Shown here piece by piece: positions 16,184-28,448 of a DNA stretch of 32,000 nt. A model generated the notes under the pieces. The model searched no databases, was not told the origin of the DNA, and saw only the letters and a list, made by a program, of their open reading frames with translations. How positions within the stretch are numbered: position 1 is the first letter of the stretch; each line of letters begins with the position of its first letter. Source of the DNA: Geobacter metallireducens GS-15 (GTDB taxonomy: Bacteria > Desulfobacterota > Desulfuromonadia > Geobacterales > Geobacteraceae); contig NC_007517.1 in the NCBI RefSeq assembly GCF_000012925.1, positions 210,001 to 242,000 of the forward strand. The letters are read 5' to 3'. The position numbers were made by a program, and so were the translations under genes.

Positions 16184-17421
16184 AAACGGCGCTTCTCTCC
16201 ATCGGCGACGAACTCCTCCTTGGTGAGGTTGTGGATACCAACTCGGCTCGAATCGCAGCACGGCTGGCCGACGAGGGGATCGTCACGGCCCGGAAACTGA
16301 CCGTGGGGGATGACGAGGGGGAAATCGCCGGGGCCCTGGAGGAGCTTGCCCGTGGTCACGACGTGGTCATCGCCACGGGAGGCCTCGGCCCCACCGATGA
16401 CGACGTGACCGCCCGGGCCGCTGCCCGGGCCACGGGAAGGCGCCTCGTCCTGAACGAGGAGGCCATGGGGCACCTCAGGGAGTTTTTCGTCCGGCTGGGG
16501 CGGGAGATGCACCCGGCCAACGGCCGCCAGTGCCTTCTGCCGGCCAAGGCGGAACTCATCCCGAATCCCACCGGCACTGCCAGCGGTTTTTATCTCCCCC
16601 TCGACAGATGTCTCCTCATGTTCCTCCCCGGGGTCCCCTCCGAGATGGCCGTGATGCTGGATGAGACGGTTGTTCCCCTGGTTCTGGAGCGGCGCGGGGA
16701 GCACCGGCGCACCCGAACTTTGACCCTTACGGTCTTCGGCCTCTCCGAGGCGGAGATCGGCGCCCGCCTCTCGGACTTGGACCGCTCACGGCCGGGGCTT
16801 ACGGTCGCCTACTGCGTGGAGTATCCGGTGGTTCAGGTGAAGCTCCGGGCCACAGGGGAGGACGAGGGGGCGCTGACGGCGCTTCTGGAGGACGGTGCGG
16901 CCCTGGTGCGGGAACGTCTCGGGGGGCACGTGGTCGCCGGGGACGGGGAAACCATCGACACAACAGTGGCCCGCCTCTTCCGGGAAACGGGGATGACCCT
17001 GGCCCTGGCCGAGTCGTGTACCGGCGGCCTCATCGCCGGACGGGTCACGGCGATTCCCGGCAGTTCCGCCTATTTTTTCCTCAGCGCGGTCACCTATGCC
17101 AACGACGCCAAGGCGCGTCTGCTTGGCGTTCCCCAGGGGCTTCTGGCCGAGACCGGGGCCGTGAGCGCCGAGGTGGCCAAGGCCATGGCCCGGGGGGCGC
17201 GGCAACTGGCCGGGAGCGATCTGGCCCTGGCCGTTACCGGCATCGCCGGGCCGGAGGGGGGGAGCCCGGACAAGCCAGTGGGGACGGTGTTCATCGCCTT
17301 GGCGGACCAGGCAGGTTGCTCTGCCAAGGGGTACCATTTCAGGGGAGACCGCGACAGGATCAGGACGATCACCGCGGTTACGGCCATGGATTGGCTGAGA
17401 AGGCGGCTTTTATCACATTAG
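16180..17421 (+). CDS. cinA: CinA-family competence/damage-inducible protein (N-terminal MoCF/COG1058 domain plus C-terminal PncC-type NMN amidohydrolase domain)
   Basis: MKTALLSIGDELLLGEVVDTNSARIA...TGGLGPTDDD (N-terminal domain) and LALAESCTGGLIAGRVT..PGSS.YF....VTY.N..K...LGV...GAVS.EVA..MA (C-terminal domain). The GTG start at 16180 overlaps the pgpA stop (GTGA). Confidence 0.9.
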   Translation: MKTALLSIGDELLLGEVVDTNSARIAARLADEGIVTARKLTVGDDEGEIAGALEELARGHDVVIATGGLGPTDDDVTARAAARATGRRLVLNEEAMGHLREFFVRLGREMHPANGRQCLLPAKAELIPNPTGTASGFYLPLDRCLLMFLPGVPSEMAVMLDETVVPLVLERRGEHRRTRTLTLTVFGLSEAEIGARLSDLDRSRPGLTVAYCVEYPVVQVKLRATGEDEGALTALLEDGAALVRERLGGHVVAGDGETIDTTVARLFRETGMTLALAESCTGGLIAGRVTAIPGSSAYFFLSAVTYANDAKARLLGVPQGLLAETGAVSAEVAKAMARGARQLAGSDLALAVTGIAGPEGGSPDKPVGTVFIALADQAGCSAKGYHFRGDRDRIRTITAVTAMDWLRRRLLSH

Positions 17422-17446
17422 TCCTTGGCGGGATGGATAGGTAGTC

Positions 17447-19579
17447 ATGTCTTCACCAAACCATCGGATATGCCTCGTTGTCGGCTGGGGGGGCGCCGTT
17501 CTGCTCTTCCTGGGGCTTGTCGGCACGTTCGTCGCCTACCGCATCCATAACGCCTCTATCTTCGGCGTTCTCCCCCATGTTCTCGTCTTTCTCATGCTCT
17601 GTTTCATATTCATGGCCGTAAGCTATCGCCGCATGAAGAGCGAGGAAGCCCTGGCCCATGTCAAGGAACTGATGCAGGTCCAGCGGGAACTGGACAAGAC
17701 CGCGCGCCGTTACCGCAGTCTCATGGAGGGGGCGGGTACGGCCATCTTCGTCTTCAATGCCGATACGGGGATGCTGGTGGAGGTGAATCGCCGCGGAACC
17801 GAACTCTTCGGCTACGACAAGGAGGAGATGATCCCGTTGCGGGGGAAGGACCTGGTCCTTGAGGAGGACCAGGAGAAATTCATCTCCCTCGTTCACCGAG
17901 TGGCCCGGCGGGGGAGGGGACGCTCCGACGGGATCACGTTTCGCCGCAAGGGTGGTGAGTGCTTCCTGGGTCAGGTCGATGCCCGTCTCATCGACCTGGG
18001 GGACGAGAAGGTGGTTCATGCCGTGGTTCGCGACATCACCTTCAAGCACCGGGCCGAACGGGAGGTCCGCCAGCGCAACCGGGAACTCTCCACCCTTGTC
18101 GGCATCATTACCCGGGCCAACCAGGAGACGGAGCTGGAGACGGTGCTCGACGTGACGCTTCGCGAGACCATCGAGGCCTTCGGCGCCAATGGCGGCGGGA
18201 TACACCTTGGCAATCAGGACGGGAAGCTGAGGCCAACGGCATCAATCAACGTTCCCGAGCAACTCCGGTTCCTCCTTGCCCGGCGGGATGAGGCAGGCCC
18301 CCTGGAGCGGATCGCCGACTCCGGCACCAGCCTCAGTCTGGCGAACCTGGAAACGGAGTGCCGTTTCGGCTCGTCGCCGGCCGTCCAGGGGTGGAAGGGA
18401 TTCGTCGGGGTTCCCCTTTCGGCCCGCAACCGCGTCACCGGCGTCATGTACCTCCTGTGCAGGAAGGAACGTCGCTTCGGGGATGACGAGGTGGCCCTCT
18501 TGCTTTCCATCGCCGGCCAGGTGGGGATCGTGATCGACAACGCCCGCCTCTTCGATGAACTCAAGTGGAAGAGCGATGAGCTCATGGGCTCCCTCCGCCT
18601 CCTGGAACGGAGCAGCCACGAACTCTCCTTCTCCCAGCACCGGCTCCGCACCAACCTGATGCTCGTGGAACGGGCCAACCAGGAACTGGAGCGGATCGAC
18701 CGGATGAAGTCCAACTTCCTCGGCATGATTTCCCACGAGTTCCGCACCCCCCTGACGAGCATCATCAGCGGCACCGAGTTTCTCCTCTCGTCCCCCTCCT
18801 TTCAGATTGGAAGCGATGCGCGCCGGGTCCTTGACATGATCAATCAGGGGGGAGAACGCCTTTCCGAAATCGTCAGCGATATCCTCAAGGTGGCGAAGCT
18901 GGAGGCCAACAGCACTCCGGTCACCCGCTCGACCCTCCACATTTCCCAGGTTTTCGAAGAGGTCCTTGAGGCGCTGGAACCCCTGCGGGCCGAACGGGAC
19001 CTCACGATTTCCTTCGCCGACCTGGAGAGGCTTCCCCACTGCAACGGCGACCGGGAGTGCTTCAAGGATATCTTCACCGAACTGCTGGAAAATTCCATCA
19101 AATTCACCCCCGACGGCGGTACCATCATGGTTGACGCCCGGATTGTGGACAGGGATCGGCTCTCGCCGAGGGGAGACATCCTCAACCGCTTCAATTCCCG
19201 GTTCCTTGCCCAGTCGGGTGGGGGGTGCTACCTGGAGGTGGAGGTCCGGGACAGCGGCATCGGCGTGAGTCATGATGAGCAGGTGAAGATCTTCGACAAG
19301 TTCTACGAGGTGGGTGATATCCGTCATCACTCCAGCGGCAAGAACAAGTTCCAGGGGAAGGGGACCGGGTTGGGGCTCGCCATCGTCAAGGGGATGGTGG
19401 AAGCCCATGGGGGCATGGTCTGGGTCGAGAGTCCGGGAGAAAGTTCCGATGGCCGTCTCGGCAGCGCCTTCTTCGTGCTTCTCCCCCTGGAGGAGAGTGC
19501 CTGCCAGCCCCAACTCCCCCTCTCCGGAGCCGGCATGTCCCGTTCCCATGACGACCTTCCCGATGAGGGGGGCGGATAG
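17447..19579 (+). CDS. Membrane-anchored PAS/GAF sensor histidine kinase
   Basis: The ORF is 710 aa. It has two N-terminal hydrophobic segments, a PAS-like region (GTAIFVFNADTGMLVEVNRRGTELFGY), a GAF-like region, the H-box FLGMISHEFRTPLTSI, and the HATPase G-boxes VRDSGIGV and GTGLGLAIVK. Confidence 0.9.
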   Translation: MSSPNHRICLVVGWGGAVLLFLGLVGTFVAYRIHNASIFGVLPHVLVFLMLCFIFMAVSYRRMKSEEALAHVKELMQVQRELDKTARRYRSLMEGAGTAIFVFNADTGMLVEVNRRGTELFGYDKEEMIPLRGKDLVLEEDQEKFISLVHRVARRGRGRSDGITFRRKGGECFLGQVDARLIDLGDEKVVHAVVRDITFKHRAEREVRQRNRELSTLVGIITRANQETELETVLDVTLRETIEAFGANGGGIHLGNQDGKLRPTASINVPEQLRFLLARRDEAGPLERIADSGTSLSLANLETECRFGSSPAVQGWKGFVGVPLSARNRVTGVMYLLCRKERRFGDDEVALLLSIAGQVGIVIDNARLFDELKWKSDELMGSLRLLERSSHELSFSQHRLRTNLMLVERANQELERIDRMKSNFLGMISHEFRTPLTSIISGTEFLLSSPSFQIGSDARRVLDMINQGGERLSEIVSDILKVAKLEANSTPVTRSTLHISQVFEEVLEALEPLRAERDLTISFADLERLPHCNGDRECFKDIFTELLENSIKFTPDGGTIMVDARIVDRDRLSPRGDILNRFNSRFLAQSGGGCYLEVEVRDSGIGVSHDEQVKIFDKFYEVGDIRHHSSGKNKFQGKGTGLGLAIVKGMVEAHGGMVWVESPGESSDGRLGSAFFVLLPLEESACQPQLPLSGAGMSRSHDDLPDEGGG

Positions 19580-19615
19580 CCGCCGCGGCGGTGGCGCAGG
19601 TCCCGAAGATACCCG

Positions 19616-19645
19616 TTGAAAAAGACGAAACACCTGTGCTATCTC
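19616..19645 (+). promoter_or_regulatory. Candidate sigma70 promoter for recA (TTGAAA-N18-TATCTC preceded by TGc)
   Basis: TTGAAA lies at 19616-19621 and TGCTATCTC at 19637-19645, about 65 nt upstream of the recA GTG. This rests on a motif match only. Confidence 0.3.
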
Positions 19646-19708
19646 TGTTCAACTATACCGGTCAGTGGCGATTTTTCGCCCTGCCGACGACCCCAGAGGA
19701 GGAATTCC

Positions 19709-20728
19709 GTGACCCAGGAACGCGAGAAGGCGATTGAGCTGGCACTGAGCCAGATAGAGAAGCAGTTCGGCAAGGGCGCCATCATGCGGCTGGGTGCTGA
19801 CGAGGCCCTGCCGGACATCGACGCCATCCCCACCGGCGCCCTCTCCCTGGATATCGCCCTGGGGGTGGGCGGGGTTCCCCGGGGACGGGTCATCGAGATC
19901 TACGGCCCCGAGTCGTCGGGCAAGACGACCCTCGCCCTCCACATCGCCGCCGAGGCCCAGAAGCTGGGCGGCATCGCGGCCTTCGTGGATGCCGAGCACG
20001 CCCTGGACATCGGCTATGCCCGCAAGCTGGGTGTTCGGACCGACGACCTCCTGGTCTCCCAGCCCGACACGGGGGAGCAGGCCCTTGAGATCGCCGAGAT
20101 GCTCGTGCGGAGCGGCGCCGTGGACGTCCTCGTCATCGACTCGGTGGCGGCCCTCGTTCCCAAGGCCGAGATCGAGGGGGAGATGGGGGACTCCCACGTG
20201 GGGCTCCAGGCCCGCCTCATGTCCCAGGCCCTGCGCAAGCTCACCGGCATCATCTCCAAGTCCAACTGCTGCGTCATCTTCATCAACCAGATCCGGATGA
20301 AGATCGGCGTCATGTTCGGCAGCCCCGAGACCACCACCGGCGGCAACGCCCTCAAGTTCTACGCTTCGGTCCGCCTCGACATCCGCAAGATCGCCACCCT
20401 CAAGCAGGGGGATGCGGTGATCGGCTCCCGCACCAAGGTGAAGGTGGTGAAGAACAAGGTGGCTCCCCCCTTCAGGGAGGTGGAGTTCGACATCTACTAC
20501 GGCGAGGGGATATCCCGCCTGGGGGACCTCCTGGACCTGGCCGTTGACCGCAAGATCATCGACAAGAGCGGTGCCTGGTTTTCCTACGGCTCCGACCGGA
20601 TCGGCCAGGGACGCGAGAACTCCCGGAATTTCCTCAAGGAGCATCCGGAGATGGTGGCCGAAATCGAGGACAAGATTTACGAAACGGCCGGCATTCCCCG
20701 CAAAGGGGGGAAGGAAGAGGCGGCGTAG
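19709..20728 (+). CDS. recA: Recombinase RecA
   Basis: [24 protein letters not shown], the Walker A motif [12 protein letters not shown], and FVDAEHALD are present. The GTG start at 19709 has a GAGGAGGA SD (19696-19703). The track start at 19616 adds a non-conserved extension. Confidence 0.95.
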   Translation: MTQEREKAIELALSQIEKQFGKGAIMRLGADEALPDIDAIPTGALSLDIALGVGGVPRGRVIEIYGPESSGKTTLALHIAAEAQKLGGIAAFVDAEHALDIGYARKLGVRTDDLLVSQPDTGEQALEIAEMLVRSGAVDVLVIDSVAALVPKAEIEGEMGDSHVGLQARLMSQALRKLTGIISKSNCCVIFINQIRMKIGVMFGSPETTTGGNALKFYASVRLDIRKIATLKQGDAVIGSRTKVKVVKNKVAPPFREVEFDIYYGEGISRLGDLLDLAVDRKIIDKSGAWFSYGSDRIGQGRENSRNFLKEHPEMVAEIEDKIYETAGIPRKGGKEEAA

Positions 20729-20731
20729 CCC

Positions 20732-21895
20732 ATGGAACTCAATGATATTCTTGCCATAGCGGTCAAGGCTAAAGCGTCTGATATCCACATCAAGACGGGG
20801 CTCCCCCCGGTTGTCCGGATCGATGGACGGCTGCGGCCCATTCCCAATGCACAGCGTCTTGCCCCGGACCAGGTTCGCGCCATGGCCTTTGCCATCATGA
20901 ATGAGCGACAAAAGGGGATCTTCGAGGAGCACTACGAGTGCGACGTGGCCTACGGGGTGCCGGGACTCGGCCGCTTCCGGGTGAGTATCTATTCCCAGCG
21001 GGGGACCGTGGCCATGGTCTTCCGGTCCATCCCCTTCGGCATCCCCTCCATTGAGAACCTGACCCTTCCGCCGGTCATCAAGAAGCTTGCACTGGAGGAA
21101 CGTGGGCTCATCCTCGTCACCGGCACCACGGGAAGCGGCAAGTCCACGACCCTGGCCGCCATGATCGACTACATCAACGAGCACCGGACCTGCAACATCA
21201 TCACCGTCGAAGACCCGGTGGAGTTCCTGCATCGGGACAAGAAGAGCATCCTCTCCCAGCGGGAGGTGGGGTTCGATACCCTTTCCTTCTCCACTGCCCT
21301 GAAGGGAGCCCTACGCCAGGACCCGGACGTGGTTCTCGTGGGGGAGATGCGGGACCTGGAAACCATCGAGACCGCCATGCACGCCGCCGAGACCGGGCAC
21401 CTGGTCATGTCCACCCTCCATACCCTGGACGCCGCCGAAACCATCAACCGGATCATCTCCGTCTTCCCTCCCTTCCACCAGCGCCAGGTCAGGCTCCAAC
21501 TCTCCGGGGTCATCAAGGGGGTCATATCCCAGCGGCTGGTCCCCCGGGCCGACGGCAAGGGGCGGGTTCCGGCCGTGGAGGTCATGATCGGCACCGCCCG
21601 CATCAAGGAATATATCGACGACAAGGACAAGACGAAGCTCCTCCCCGAGGCCATCGCCCAAGGGTTCACCACCTACGGGATGCAGACATTTGACCAGTCC
21701 CTCATGCAGCTCTACACCGGCAAGCTCATCACCTACGAGGAAGCGCTCCGGCAGTCCACCAACCCGGATGATTTCGCCCTCAAGGTGTCGGGCATCTCTT
21801 CCACGTCCGACAGCACGTGGGACAACTTTGTCCACGACGAAGCCCCCCCCGCGGCTGCTGGAGATACGCCCACCGAGGGGATCGAGAAGTTTTAG
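20732..21895 (+). CDS. pilT: PilT/PilU-family type IV pilus retraction-type hexameric ATPase (non-canonical paralog)
   Basis: Walker A GTTGSGKST, Asp box ITVEDPVEF, Walker B DPDVVLVGEMRD and His box TGHLVMSTLHT are all present. The AIRNLIRE position reads ARIKEYID. There is an extra C-terminal tail of about 30 aa, rich in Ser and acidic residues. Confidence 0.9.
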   Translation: MELNDILAIAVKAKASDIHIKTGLPPVVRIDGRLRPIPNAQRLAPDQVRAMAFAIMNERQKGIFEEHYECDVAYGVPGLGRFRVSIYSQRGTVAMVFRSIPFGIPSIENLTLPPVIKKLALEERGLILVTGTTGSGKSTTLAAMIDYINEHRTCNIITVEDPVEFLHRDKKSILSQREVGFDTLSFSTALKGALRQDPDVVLVGEMRDLETIETAMHAAETGHLVMSTLHTLDAAETINRIISVFPPFHQRQVRLQLSGVIKGVISQRLVPRADGKGRVPAVEVMIGTARIKEYIDDKDKTKLLPEAIAQGFTTYGMQTFDQSLMQLYTGKLITYEEALRQSTNPDDFALKVSGISSTSDSTWDNFVHDEAPPAAAGDTPTEGIEKF

Positions 21896-22363
21896 ATGGG
21901 GGAGGAGCGGAGCGGGTTCAGCCGCGCCCTTGATATTCTCTCCCGGCGTGACCACAGCGAGGCGGAGTTGGCCCTGAAGCTGCGGCGCAAGGGGATCGAC
22001 GAAAGAGAGATTGCATCAGTCGTGGCCCGCCTGCGGGAGTTGGGGTATCTCAACGACCGGCGCCTGGCCGAGCGGATAGCGGAAACGGCCATGGCCGGCG
22101 GCAGGATGGCGGGACCGCGGCTCAGCCGGGAACTCATCCGGCGCGGAATCCCCAGGGAGCTTGCGGCCGAGGCCCTGGCCAGGGCCACCGAAGGGCGCGA
22201 TCTGCGGGATGACATAAGGGAGATGCTGGCCGGCAAGTTCTCATCCTTCGACCCAAGGGAGGCGGATTTACGGGAGAAACGGCGGGTGGTCGGCTGGTTC
22301 CAGCGTCGCGGCTATCCCCTTTCGGCCATCCTGGATGCCCTGCGGGTTTCCGCCGACGAATAA
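21896..22363 (+). CDS. recX: RecA regulator RecX
   Basis: The 155-aa ORF shows RecX-like repeats ([19 protein letters not shown]...[18 protein letters not shown]...L.RRGIP). Its ATG directly abuts the pilT stop. Confidence 0.85.
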   Translation: MGEERSGFSRALDILSRRDHSEAELALKLRRKGIDEREIASVVARLRELGYLNDRRLAERIAETAMAGGRMAGPRLSRELIRRGIPRELAAEALARATEGRDLRDDIREMLAGKFSSFDPREADLREKRRVVGWFQRRGYPLSAILDALRVSADE

Positions 22364-22403
22364 CATTTATCTTTTCAATTCAATCCAGAATACAGAGGAA
22401 CCG

Positions 22404-25034
22404 ATGACCGGAAACGAACTACGCGCCAGATTCCTGAAATTTTTCGAGGACCGCGGACACACCGTGGTCCCCAGCTCCCTCCTCATCCCCCACAATGACC
22501 CGACGCTCCTTTTTGCCAATGCCGGCATGAACCAGTTCAAGGACTGCTTCCTCGGCATGGAGGACCGGGGGTACACCCGGGCAACCAGTTCCCAGAAGTG
22601 CGTGCGGGCCGGGGGGAAGCACAACGACCTGGAGAACGTGGGGCGCACCGCCCGGCACCATACCTTCTTCGAGATGCTCGGCAATTTCTCCTTCGGCGAC
22701 TACTTCAAGAAGGAGGCCATTGCCTTTGCCTGGGAGTTCCTCACCAAGGACCTGGGGCTTGACAAGGACCGCCTCTACGTGACGGTCTACACCGATGACG
22801 ACGAGGCCGCCGACATCTGGCACCACCAGGAGGGGGTTCCCCGCGAGCGGATTTTCCGCTTCGGCGAGAAGGACAACTTCTGGTCCATGGGAGACACCGG
22901 CCCCTGCGGCCCCTGCTCCGAGATCTTCTGGGACAATGGTCCCGAGGTAGGGTGCGGCTCCCCCGACTGTACCGTCGGGTGTGACTGCGACCGCTACATG
23001 GAGATCTGGAACAACGTCTTCATGCAGTTCAACCGCTCCGCCGACGGCACCATGACCCCGCTCCCCAAACCCTCCGTCGATACCGGCATGGGTCTTGAGC
23101 GGATCTGCACCGTCATGCAGGGGGTTAAATCCAACTACGACACTGACCTCCTCCAGGGGGTCATCAGGCATGTGGAGCGGCTTTCGGGAAAACGGTACCG
23201 GGAGAATGAGAAGGACGACGTCTCCATGCGGGTCATCGCCGATCACGCCCGGGCCACCACCTTCCTCATCTGCGACGGTGTCCTTCCCTCCAACGAGGGG
23301 CGGGGCTACGTGCTGCGCCGGATCATGCGCCGGGCAGCCCGCCACGCCAAGATGCTCGGCTTTGCCGAGCCGGTCCTCTACCGGACCGTGGATGCCGTGA
23401 ACGAGATGATGGGGGGCTCATACCCGGAGCTTCTGGAGCGGGAAGAATACATCAAAAAGGTGATCCGGGCCGAGGAGGAGCGCTTCGCCGAAACCCTCGA
23501 CCGGGGCCTCGCCATCCTGAACGACGCCGTGGCCCAGTTGAAGGGGGAGGGGAAGACGGTGATCCCCGGCGAAACCCTCTTCCGCCTTTACGACACATTC
23601 GGTTTTCCCACTGACCTCACGGCCGACATCGTCCGCGCCGAAGGGTTCACCATCGACGAGCCGGGCTTCGAGGCCTGCATGGGACGCCAGCGGGAGCAGG
23701 CCCGGGAGCACTGGAAAGGTTCCGGCGAAGAAGGGATTGCCGCCGTCCACAAGGAACTCCACAACCGTGGGGTCAGAAGCGTCTTTGTGGGTTATGACGA
23801 GAAGTGCAGCTACGCAGCGATCGGCAGCATCCTCCGTGGTGGCTCCGAGGTGGCCGAGGCGAAGGCCGGCGAAGATGTGGAAATCATCACCGACAGGACC
23901 CCCTTCTACGGCGAGTCCGGCGGCCAGGCCGGAGATACCGGCACCATCTCCACCGGCTCGGCCCACGTGCGGGTGACCGGCACGATCCGCCCCTATCCCG
24001 ACCTCATCGTCCACCGGGGAACCGTCGTCGAGGGGACCATCAAGACCGGCGAGGCGTGCGACCTGAAGGTTGCGTCCGTGGATCGCGACGCCACGGCCAG
24101 AAACCACACCGCCACTCACCTCCTCCAGACGGCGCTCCGCCGGGTGCTCGGCGAACACGTGAAGCAGGCCGGCTCCCTCGTGGCGCCGGACCGGCTCCGT
24201 TTCGACTTCACCCACTTTGCCGCCATGACCCCGGAGGAAATCCGCCGGGTGGAGGAGATCGTCAATACCTTCATAATGGAGAACGATACGGTCCATGCCC
24301 GGGAGATGGCTGTTGAGGAAGCCATGGAGAGCGGAGCCACGGCCCTGTTCGGCGAGAAGTACGGCGATCGGGTACGGGTGGTCAAGGTGGGGGAGGTGAG
24401 CGCCGAGCTCTGCGGCGGCACCCACGTCCGGGCCGCCGGCGACATCGGCTCCTTCAAGATTCTCTCCGAGGCGGGAATTGCCGCCGGGGTGCGCCGCATA
24501 GAGGCCCTGACCGGCATGGGGGCGCTGCGCCACATCCAGGAGCTGGAGGATGAGAAGCGGCAGATCGCGGCCCTCATGAAGGCCGAGGGGGGAGACAATA
24601 TCGACCGGCTCCAGAAACTTCTCGCCCGCCAGCGGGAGATGCAGCGGGAGATCGAGACGCTCCAGGGTCAGCTCAATGCGGCCAAATCCGGGGATCTCTT
24701 GGCGGATGTCCGGGAGGTGAACGGTGTGAAGGTCCTGGCCACGAAAGTGGAGGTGGACGATCCGAAAAAGTTGAGGGAGTTGGCCGATACCCTCAAGGAC
24801 CGTCTCGGTTCCGGGGTTGTGGCCCTTGGGTGCGAGAAGGACGGCAGGGCCAACCTCCTCGTGGCGGTGACGAAAGATCTGGCGGGCCGCATCAGGGCCG
24901 GCGACATCATCCGGCAGCTGGCGCCGGTCATCGGCGGGAGCGGCGGCGGCAAGCCGGAGCTGGCCCAGGCGGGGGGGAGCCAGCCCGACATGCTGGCCGA
25001 GGCCCTCGGTAAGGTGTACGGGCTCATCGGCTGA
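22404..25034 (+). CDS. alaS: Alanine--tRNA ligase
   Basis: [40 protein letters not shown] and [18 protein letters not shown] are present, together with the editing-domain HTATHLL motif and the C-terminal DHHA1 [15 protein letters not shown] 22404 has an AGAGGA SD. Confidence 0.95.
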   Translation: MTGNELRARFLKFFEDRGHTVVPSSLLIPHNDPTLLFANAGMNQFKDCFLGMEDRGYTRATSSQKCVRAGGKHNDLENVGRTARHHTFFEMLGNFSFGDYFKKEAIAFAWEFLTKDLGLDKDRLYVTVYTDDDEAADIWHHQEGVPRERIFRFGEKDNFWSMGDTGPCGPCSEIFWDNGPEVGCGSPDCTVGCDCDRYMEIWNNVFMQFNRSADGTMTPLPKPSVDTGMGLERICTVMQGVKSNYDTDLLQGVIRHVERLSGKRYRENEKDDVSMRVIADHARATTFLICDGVLPSNEGRGYVLRRIMRRAARHAKMLGFAEPVLYRTVDAVNEMMGGSYPELLEREEYIKKVIRAEEERFAETLDRGLAILNDAVAQLKGEGKTVIPGETLFRLYDTFGFPTDLTADIVRAEGFTIDEPGFEACMGRQREQAREHWKGSGEEGIAAVHKELHNRGVRSVFVGYDEKCSYAAIGSILRGGSEVAEAKAGEDVEIITDRTPFYGESGGQAGDTGTISTGSAHVRVTGTIRPYPDLIVHRGTVVEGTIKTGEACDLKVASVDRDATARNHTATHLLQTALRRVLGEHVKQAGSLVAPDRLRFDFTHFAAMTPEEIRRVEEIVNTFIMENDTVHAREMAVEEAMESGATALFGEKYGDRVRVVKVGEVSAELCGGTHVRAAGDIGSFKILSEAGIAAGVRRIEALTGMGALRHIQELEDEKRQIAALMKAEGGDNIDRLQKLLARQREMQREIETLQGQLNAAKSGDLLADVREVNGVKVLATKVEVDDPKKLRELADTLKDRLGSGVVALGCEKDGRANLLVAVTKDLAGRIRAGDIIRQLAPVIGGSGGGKPELAQAGGSQPDMLAEALGKVYGLIG

Positions 25035-25067
25035 TCGGGCGGCCGGGCAGGGAGAGGGTGGTACACC

Positions 25068-27198
<2,131 letters not shown>

Positions 27199-27248
27199 GC
27201 ATGGGGTGGAAAACAGTGCCACGGGACGAAAATTTGGAGGAAATGCGA

Positions 27249-28448
27249 ATGAAATCTGCTGATTGGATAGCAAAGGGCGACAAATACATCATGAAGACCT
27301 ATGGCCGGTACCCCCTGGTGCCGGTGCGTGGCGAAGGGTGCCGGGTCTGGGACGCGGACGGGAAGGAGTATCTGGACTTTCTCGCCGGTGTGGCGGTGAA
27401 CAACCTGGGACACTGCCACCCTAAGGTGGTGGCGGCGCTTCAGAAACAGGCCGCCGAGATGATCCATTGCTCCAACTACTACAATATTCCCACCCAGATC
27501 GAGCTGGCGGAGCTGCTCTGCAGCAACTCCTTTGCCGACAAGGCCTTCTTCTGCAACAGCGGCGCCGAGGCCAACGAGGCCGCCATCAAGCTCGCCCGCA
27601 AGTATGCCCGGGAAAAGACCGGCGATGTCGAGCGTTATGAGATTATAACGGCTATTGCTTCTTTCCACGGTCGGACCATGGCCACCATCTCCGCCACGGG
27701 ACAGGAGAAGGTGCAGAAGTTCTTCGATCCGCTCCTACACGGATTCACCTATGTCCCCTTTGACGATGCCGACGCCCTGGAGGCGGCGGTTACGCCGAAA
27801 ACCTGCGCGGTGATGCTGGAGCCGATCCAGGGAGAGGGTGGCGTGGTTATCCCTTCCGCCGACTACTTCCGGAAGGTGCGGGAAATCTGCGATCGTCACG
27901 GGCTCCTTCTCATATTCGACGAGGTGCAGGTGGGGATCGGCCGGACCGGTAAGCTCTTCGCCCATGAGCACTTTGATGTGACCCCCGACATCATGACCCT
28001 GGCCAAGGCCCTGGCCGGCGGCGCTCCCATCGGTTCCATGCTGGCGAAAGATGAAGTGGCCGCCTCCTTTTCGCCCGGCACCCACGGTTCCACCTTCGGG
28101 GGAAACCCCCTGGTCACCGCCGCCGGTGTGGCCGCCGTCCGGGCGGTGCTGGAGGAGGGGCTCCTGAACCGGGCCGAAGAAATGGGGGAATACCTCGTGG
28201 GCGAGTTGGAGCGGCTCAAGGAGAAGTATGCGTTCATCACCGACGTTCGGGGGATCGGTCTCATGATAGGGATGGAGCTCTCCGCTCCGGCCGGCGAGAT
28301 CGTGCTCAAGGGGCTTGAGCGTGGCGTCCTCCTTAACGTGGCCCAGGACAAGGTGCTCCGGTTCGTGCCGCCGCTCATCGTGACCAAGCAGGAAGTGAAT
28401 GAAATGATCGCCGTGCTTGACGGCATTCTGGAGGAGATTAAGCAATGA
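27249..28448 (+). CDS. argD: Acetylornithine aminotransferase (class III PLP aminotransferase)
   Basis: YGRYPLVPVRGEGCRVWDADGKEYLDF.AG.AVN.LGH.HP, FCNSGAEANEAAIKLAR, LIFDEVQ.GIGRTGK and the PLP-lysine region TLAKALAGG are present. I prefer ATG 27249 (GGAGGA SD at 27236-27241, 7-nt spacer). Confidence 0.9.
   Translation: MKSADWIAKGDKYIMKTYGRYPLVPVRGEGCRVWDADGKEYLDFLAGVAVNNLGHCHPKVVAALQKQAAEMIHCSNYYNIPTQIELAELLCSNSFADKAFFCNSGAEANEAAIKLARKYAREKTGDVERYEIITAIASFHGRTMATISATGQEKVQKFFDPLLHGFTYVPFDDADALEAAVTPKTCAVMLEPIQGEGGVVIPSADYFRKVREICDRHGLLLIFDEVQVGIGRTGKLFAHEHFDVTPDIMTLAKALAGGAPIGSMLAKDEVAASFSPGTHGSTFGGNPLVTAAGVAAVRAVLEEGLLNRAEEMGEYLVGELERLKEKYAFITDVRGIGLMIGMELSAPAGEIVLKGLERGVLLNVAQDKVLRFVPPLIVTKQEVNEMIAVLDGILEEIKQ

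Noticed and set aside
19580-19708. Search for a LexA/SOS box (including the GGTT-N10-ACC type reported for Geobacter) upstream of recA, and the GC-rich palindrome CCGCCGCGGCGG at 19580-19591
   Set aside because: I found no LexA-box-like motif by eye. The palindrome lies immediately after the kinase stop, has no U tract, and is too GC-simple to interpret.
19649-21232. 527-aa minus-strand ORF opposite recA and pilT
   Set aside because: It is a shadow frame spanning two well-supported genes. It is of low complexity and has no start context.
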